DNA of 64,000 nt from an uncultured Mariniplasma sp. Lineage in GTDB: Bacteria; Bacillota_I; Bacilli_A; Acholeplasmatales; Acholeplasmataceae. Shown one piece after another: positions 58,954-64,000 of this stretch. The notes under the pieces were generated by a model that saw only the letters and a program-made list of their open reading frames with translations, made no database searches and was not told where the DNA came from. Position 1 is the first letter of the stretch. Each line of letters begins with the position of its first letter. A program made the position numbers and the translations under genes. The stretch spans positions 5,100 through 69,099 of the forward strand of contig CAZKLF010000002.1 in NCBI GenBank assembly GCA_964553665.1, written 5' to 3'.

Positions 58954-60804
58954 ATGATGCAAGTTATTACGGATCACGAAGTAGATGAATTTTTATTAGG
59001 TAGATTACATAATCTTAACGACATCATGGGTGCTCATTTATTAAGAGATAATGAATGCATGGTCACAGCAACACAGTTTACTGTGTATGCTCCCAATGCT
59101 AAAGAAGTAAGACTTGTTTCAGACTTTAATGGATATGAAGGTTGGAAACATGTTCTAACGAAAATCCATCATATGGGTTTTTTCAGAATAGAAATACCGG
59201 GAAATTATGAATGGTCAACTTATAAATTTGAGATTCATACGATGAAAGGACAAGTGTTCTATAAAGCTGATCCTTTTGCATTTTATGCCGAAGTTAGACC
59301 TCAAACAGCATCAAAAGTATGTGAACTTAAAGGTTATGAATGGCATGATCAAAAATGGCTATATGAAAAAAAGACCACATATGAAGAGCCACTTTTAATT
59401 TACGAAGTCCATTTAGGATCTTGGAGAAGGAAATTTGGTCAATTCAAACCTTATAATGAAGTTATTGATGAACTTGTAGCGTATGTGATTGACCAAGGGT
59501 TTACGCATGTTGAGTTAATGCCTGTCTATGAATATCCACTCGATGATTCTTGGGGATATCAAGGCACCGGATATTTTGCCGCAACCTCAAGATTTGGTAG
59601 TCCAAAAGATTACATGTATTTTATAGACCGCTTGCATCAAGCTGGTATAGGTGTTGTTATGGATTGGGTATTAGGACATATCTGCAAAGATGCACATGGA
59701 TTATCATTCTTTGATGGGACACCATTATATGAATTTGATGATAAAAAAAGACGTGAAAATGTAACTTGGGGAACTGATAATCTAGACTTTTCTAAAGGTA
59801 TAACAAGAAGCTTTATGCTTTCTGCTCTAACATTTTGGATGGATTATTTCCATATTGATGGATATCGTATTGATGCAGTGTCAAATTTAATATATTATTT
59901 AGGAAGTAGAGAAAATGGCGTTAATAAAGATGCAATCAATTTCATCCGTCAATTAAGTTTCCATTTATTCGGAAAAGATGATAGAGTCTTATTTATGGCT
60001 GAAGATTCAACAGATTATCCACTTGTCACACATCCAGTAGCAACTGGAGGTATGGGATTTAATTATAAATGGAATATGGGATTTATGAATGATACCCTTA
60101 AGTATTTTAAAGAAGATCCATTAAACCGCAAATATCATCATGATAAAATAACTTTTGGTTTGGTCTACGCATTTAACGAACAATTTATTTTGCCTTTCTC
60201 ACATGATGAAGTTGTTCATATGAAAGGTAGTTTAGTCAATAAGATGCCTGGTGATTATTTTCAAAAAATGGCGAATTGGAGATTGTTATTGACCTTATGG
60301 ATGACCCACCCTGGAAAGAAATTACTTTTCATGGGTCAAGAGTTTGCTTCATTTAGTGAATGGGCATTTGAGAAAGAACTCGATTGGAACTTACTTGAGT
60401 TTCCTGCGCATCAAAAAGCGAACAAATTTTTTAAGGATTTAGCACTTGTTTATAGAAATCATGATGCGTTATATAAATATGACCATCTTAGCATGGGATT
60501 TGAATGGTCTGTTGCAGATGATAAAGAACAAAGCGTCTTTGTATTTATAAGAAGAAGCGACGAAGAAACATTAGTTGTTATATTAAATATGACACCCAAT
60601 GTACATGAAACCTACGAAATAGGAGTTCCACATCGTGGTACATATGAAGAAATTCTTAACAGTGACAAAGAAATTTATTTTGGTAGTGGTCAATATAATG
60701 GAAAGCCTCTAAAAACATTTAAAGGAAGCAGAAATCAGTTTGATTATTTCATTAAACCAAGACTTGGACCATTGTCAGGCATTATTTTAAAGTATACCAA
60801 ATAG
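58954..60804 (+). CDS. glgB: 1,4-alpha-glucan branching enzyme
   Basis: YEVHLGSW, SWGYQ, GYRIDAV, MAEDS, SHDEVVH, HPGKKLLFMG. Confidence 0.95.
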   Translation: MMQVITDHEVDEFLLGRLHNLNDIMGAHLLRDNECMVTATQFTVYAPNAKEVRLVSDFNGYEGWKHVLTKIHHMGFFRIEIPGNYEWSTYKFEIHTMKGQVFYKADPFAFYAEVRPQTASKVCELKGYEWHDQKWLYEKKTTYEEPLLIYEVHLGSWRRKFGQFKPYNEVIDELVAYVIDQGFTHVELMPVYEYPLDDSWGYQGTGYFAATSRFGSPKDYMYFIDRLHQAGIGVVMDWVLGHICKDAHGLSFFDGTPLYEFDDKKRRENVTWGTDNLDFSKGITRSFMLSALTFWMDYFHIDGYRIDAVSNLIYYLGSRENGVNKDAINFIRQLSFHLFGKDDRVLFMAEDSTDYPLVTHPVATGGMGFNYKWNMGFMNDTLKYFKEDPLNRKYHHDKITFGLVYAFNEQFILPFSHDEVVHMKGSLVNKMPGDYFQKMANWRLLLTLWMTHPGKKLLFMGQEFASFSEWAFEKELDWNLLEFPAHQKANKFFKDLALVYRNHDALYKYDHLSMGFEWSVADDKEQSVFVFIRRSDEETLVVILNMTPNVHETYEIGVPHRGTYEEILNSDKEIYFGSGQYNGKPLKTFKGSRNQFDYFIKPRLGPLSGIILKYTK

Positions 60805-60873
60805 CATAAAAATCTAAAGGAAATCGCGATTAAAAAATATTGAATTAATTCTATTTTTTGTAAAGGAGAAACT

Positions 60874-62355
60874 ATGAGAACAAGCGGAATATTACTTCAT
60901 ATATCCAGTCTACCAAGCCGTTATGGTATTGGTACTTATGGTAAAGAAGCTTATAGATTTGTCGATTTTCTAGAACAAAGTGAGCAAACTTACTGGCAAA
61001 TACTACCCTTAGGTCCAACATCGTATGGAGATTCTCCATATCAAACTTTTTCTGCATTCGCTAATAATCCGTATTTTATTGATCTTGATTTTCTAGTTTC
61101 TGAAAAATTACTTAAAAAAAGTGAGATTACTGCAACATTTACGTCACCAAGATATGTTGATTATTATGAACTTTATGAAGAACGATTCATCATATTAAAA
61201 AAGGCATTTCATAGATTTAATTTAAAAAATGAAGATTATATTAGATTTCTTGAAGAAAATAAGAAATGGTTGAATGATTATGCTTTATTTATGGCCATCA
61301 AAGCTAAACATGATGGCGCTTCATGGTTAACATGGGAAGATAATCTTAGACTTAGAAATCCAGATGTTCTATCAGAATATGAGATTCTTTTAAAAGAAGA
61401 TATAGATTTCTATTGTTTTTTACAATTCAAATCATACGAACAATGGTTTTCCCTAAAGAAATACGCAAATGATAAAGGTATTATGTTTATAGGTGACATG
61501 CCAATATACGTCTCATATGATAGTAGTGACGTTTGGGCAAATCCTGAGTATTTCGATTTAAATGAAAAAAAATTACCTAACCATATTGCAGGTGTTCCAC
61601 CCGATAATTATTCTAGCGATGGACAATTATGGGGGAATCCCTTATATAATTGGGAATATCTAGAAAAAAATGATTTCGAATGGTGGGTTGATCGTGTTTA
61701 TTCATCAACTTTATTATTTGATATGATTAGAATTGATCATTTTATTGGCTTCCAAAACTTTTATAGTATTCCTTATGGTGAAAAAACTGCGATTAATGGA
61801 ACATGGAAAAAGGGTCCGGGTATAAACTTGTTTAACGTATTCAAAGAAAAACTCGGGGAAGTTAACATTATAGCCGAAGATTTAGGTGTTGTTACAAACG
61901 AAGTTAGAAATCTACTTAAGAATACTGGATTTCCTGGAATGAAACTTTTACAGTTTGCATTTGATCCCAGAGAAGAAAGTGACTATATCCCTTACCTCTA
62001 TACTAAAAATGTGATTGCATATACTGGAACACATGACAATGAAACGACGAAAACATGGTTTGATAAATTACCTGAAAAGGATTTAAGATATTGTCTAAGC
62101 TATATCAATCACTCTGATAATCAAAACAAGGTTGACAGCCTCATTAAAGCAACATTAGCGTGTATTGCAGATACAGCAATCATTCCTATTCAAGATTATT
62201 TGCACTTAGGATCTGAAGGTAGAATGAATACACCTTCAACAACTGGAAATAATTGGCGATGGAGATTAATGAGTAGTGAACTCAATTCAAAATTAATGAT
62301 TAAGATTAAAGATATGACAACTCTATATGGAAGAGGACAATCAAAGGATAGCTAA
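60874..62355 (+). CDS. malQ: 4-alpha-glucanotransferase (amylomaltase, GH77)
   Basis: SGILLHISSLP, WQILPLGPT, GVPPD, RIDHF, AEDLG, YTGTHDN. Confidence 0.96.
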   Translation: MRTSGILLHISSLPSRYGIGTYGKEAYRFVDFLEQSEQTYWQILPLGPTSYGDSPYQTFSAFANNPYFIDLDFLVSEKLLKKSEITATFTSPRYVDYYELYEERFIILKKAFHRFNLKNEDYIRFLEENKKWLNDYALFMAIKAKHDGASWLTWEDNLRLRNPDVLSEYEILLKEDIDFYCFLQFKSYEQWFSLKKYANDKGIMFIGDMPIYVSYDSSDVWANPEYFDLNEKKLPNHIAGVPPDNYSSDGQLWGNPLYNWEYLEKNDFEWWVDRVYSSTLLFDMIRIDHFIGFQNFYSIPYGEKTAINGTWKKGPGINLFNVFKEKLGEVNIIAEDLGVVTNEVRNLLKNTGFPGMKLLQFAFDPREESDYIPYLYTKNVIAYTGTHDNETTKTWFDKLPEKDLRYCLSYINHSDNQNKVDSLIKATLACIADTAIIPIQDYLHLGSEGRMNTPSTTGNNWRWRLMSSELNSKLMIKIKDMTTLYGRGQSKDS

Positions 62356-63382
62356 TCTATCCTTTTTGAAAAAAAACATGAGCGATATAAAAGGTGTAAA
62401 TTTAGGTGGTTGGTTCGTATTAGAATCATGGATTAAACCATCACTATTTAAAAATATTGATTCGAGAGATGAAACTGGGTTTTGTCTTCAAAATCCAAAT
62501 GCCGAAAGAGATCTCATCAAACATTGGGAGACTTTCATAACAAAAGATGATTTTATCTATTTAAAATCTATAGGGATTAATTCTCTTCGTCTACCGATTC
62601 CTTGGTGGCTTCAAGGTGAAAAGCCTTATTTTAGTGCGTTACCTTATATTCACCGTGCGATGCAATGGGCAGATGAAATAGGATTAGATGTCTTATTGGA
62701 TTTACATACTGCACCAGGATGTCAAAATGGGTTTGATAATGGTGGAATCGAATTCGTCTTAAAGTGGCATTTAGATCAAGCGAACCTTCAATTAACAGTC
62801 GAAAAACTAGGATTTATAGCAAAAACATTTAAAGATTATCCATCATTTTGGGGGATTGAAATATTAAATGAACCGCATTATGAAACGGATCTTCATCTGA
62901 TAGCTGATTTTTACATGAGTGCATATGAAGAAATACGTGAGCATACGGATAAAGTCGTCGTTTTCCATGATGCATTTAGACCAACAGATGAAATATGGGA
63001 ACCTTTTTTTGCGAATCCAGTCTTAAAAAATGTGATGTTCGACCTCCATTATTATCATTGTTTTGATGCGGATATGGCGGTAGGTTCATTTGATAATCAT
63101 ATTCAAACGATTATTAATAGAAGATTACCCGTCATTAGAAAGATTTCTAAATATGTTGATATCATTATTGGAGAATGGTCGTTAGGTATCAAATATGAAA
63201 AAATGGATTTAGGTGAAAATCCTGATTTAGCTTACTACGATAAGTTATTGGCGGCACTTCAGCTTTATATTTATTCATATGCGAAAGGTTTTTATTTTTG
63301 GACATATCGAGTGGATGGTATTAGACAAGGGTGGGATTTTAGAAAGTTGATTAGTGAAGGCATTTTACCTGATAAATATTAA
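62327..63382 (+). CDS. GH5 glycoside hydrolase (exo-beta-1,3-glucanase-like)
   Basis: KGVNLGGWFVLESWI, LRLPIPWW, LDLHTAPG, LNEP acid/base, DLHYY, GEWS nucleophile; start may be 62378. Confidence 0.88.
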   Translation: MEEDNQRIANLSFLKKNMSDIKGVNLGGWFVLESWIKPSLFKNIDSRDETGFCLQNPNAERDLIKHWETFITKDDFIYLKSIGINSLRLPIPWWLQGEKPYFSALPYIHRAMQWADEIGLDVLLDLHTAPGCQNGFDNGGIEFVLKWHLDQANLQLTVEKLGFIAKTFKDYPSFWGIEILNEPHYETDLHLIADFYMSAYEEIREHTDKVVVFHDAFRPTDEIWEPFFANPVLKNVMFDLHYYHCFDADMAVGSFDNHIQTIINRRLPVIRKISKYVDIIIGEWSLGIKYEKMDLGENPDLAYYDKLLAALQLYIYSYAKGFYFWTYRVDGIRQGWDFRKLISEGILPDKY

Positions 63383-63561
63383 TTAGCTATATCTAAAAAC
63401 CTAAAAAAATGGTTTTAATAGAAAAGCAATTCGATATCTTGAATAAATAAAAACTCATTTATTATCATATGAAAAGCTCAATAATAAAAAAAATATGATA
63501 ATGTTATAATGTTTTAAAAAAAAATATAAATGGTTTGAAGTTCAAAAAATATAATTATTGA

Positions 63562-63590
63562 TTGACAATTTCCCAAAAATGACTTATAAT
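63562..63590 (+). promoter_or_regulatory. Consensus sigma-A promoter for acpP
   Basis: TTGACA-17 bp-TATAAT, perfect consensus. Confidence 0.85.
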
Positions 63591-63618
63591 AACGTTTGAA
63601 ACAAGGAGGATATTACAC

Positions 63619-63846
63619 ATGATATTCAAACGAATTAAGGAAATGATTGTTGAAGAACTTAATGTTCCAGAAGAAAAAATCACAATGGAAGCAAGACTTT
63701 CAGAAGAACTTGGTGCTGATTCAATTGACGCAGTAGAACTAATCATGAACATCGAAGATGAATTCTCAATTGAAGTAAGTGATGAAGAAGCACAGAACAT
63801 TAAAACCGTAGGAGACTTAGTTAAATACGTCGAAGCATTGAAATAG
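63619..63846 (+). CDS. acpP: Acyl carrier protein
   Basis: LGADSIDAVEL phosphopantetheine Ser motif; AGGAGG RBS. Confidence 0.96.
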   Translation: MIFKRIKEMIVEELNVPEEKITMEARLSEELGADSIDAVELIMNIEDEFSIEVSDEEAQNIKTVGDLVKYVEALK

Positions 63847-63849
63847 GAC

Positions 63850-63877
63850 AAAAAGGGAATAGAAATTCCCTTTTTTT
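63850..63877 (+). terminator. Terminator after acpP
   Basis: AAAAGGGAAT-aga-AATTCCCTTTT (approximate pairing) plus T run. Confidence 0.75.
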
Positions 63878-63937
63878 GTTTTAAAATCTGCTTTTTTTAT
63901 ATATAATAGATATAGCATCGAAAGAAGGTACATAAAT

Positions 63938-64000
63938 ATGTTATATAATTTCAAAGAAATTGAAAAGAAGTGGCAAGCTTACTGGTATGAACAAAAGCTA
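63938..64000 (+). CDS. leuS: Leucyl-tRNA synthetase N-terminus (3' truncated by window edge)
   Basis: MLYNFKEIEKKWQAYW resembles the LeuRS start; only 21 codons visible, so ValRS/other not excluded. Confidence 0.65.
   Translation, partial: MLYNFKEIEKKWQAYWYEQKL

Noticed and set aside
63555-63851. 98-aa minus-strand ORF
   Set aside because: Antisense shadow of acpP
1-64000. CRISPR array, IS/transposase, integrase, prophage, rRNA, UGA recoding
   Set aside because: No regularly spaced repeats or such ORFs were seen by eye. TGA acts as a stop in ATGA overlaps at 11918, 21215, 22439, 24628 and 45273, so code 4 or selenocysteine is not supported

Overview
AT-rich (~30% GC by eye) bacterial chromosome segment using genetic code 11 (TGA is a stop, e.g. 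ATGA gene overlaps). It resembles an anaerobic, fermentative Acholeplasmatales/Izemoplasmatales-type Bacillota genome (inferred, not proven). Contents in order: pyruvate kinase end, MATE, GGDEF-EAL protein, two peptidases, NfeD/flotillin pair, LytTR regulator plus membrane partner, AEC transporter, LMW phosphatase, tRNA-Cys, a NYN-LOTUS/Smr/membrane three-gene operon, Ca-type P-ATPase, and a HydABCD-type [FeFe]-hydrogenase operon with five embedded signalling genes. Then an ABC binding protein/permease, esterases, U32/RlhA, GT4, PgpA, hybrid histidine kinase, msrB-esterase-cat, Leu dehydrogenase plus 2-oxoacid:ferredoxin oxidoreductase, MFS, GH18 lipoprotein, CHR pair-GDPD, 5'-nucleotidase, glgP-pulA-glgB-malQ-GH5, acpP and the leuS start. 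No transposase, integrase, CRISPR array or rRNA was seen. Best leads outside the ORF track: a promoter-to-terminator small RNA with C-rich loops (28.2 kb), a decayed MerR gene with its 19-bp-spacer promoter (41.8-42.0 kb), LytTR direct repeats (11.4 kb) and cre-like sites at the hydrogenase and Leu-catabolism operons. All family assignments come from motif recognition, not database searches.
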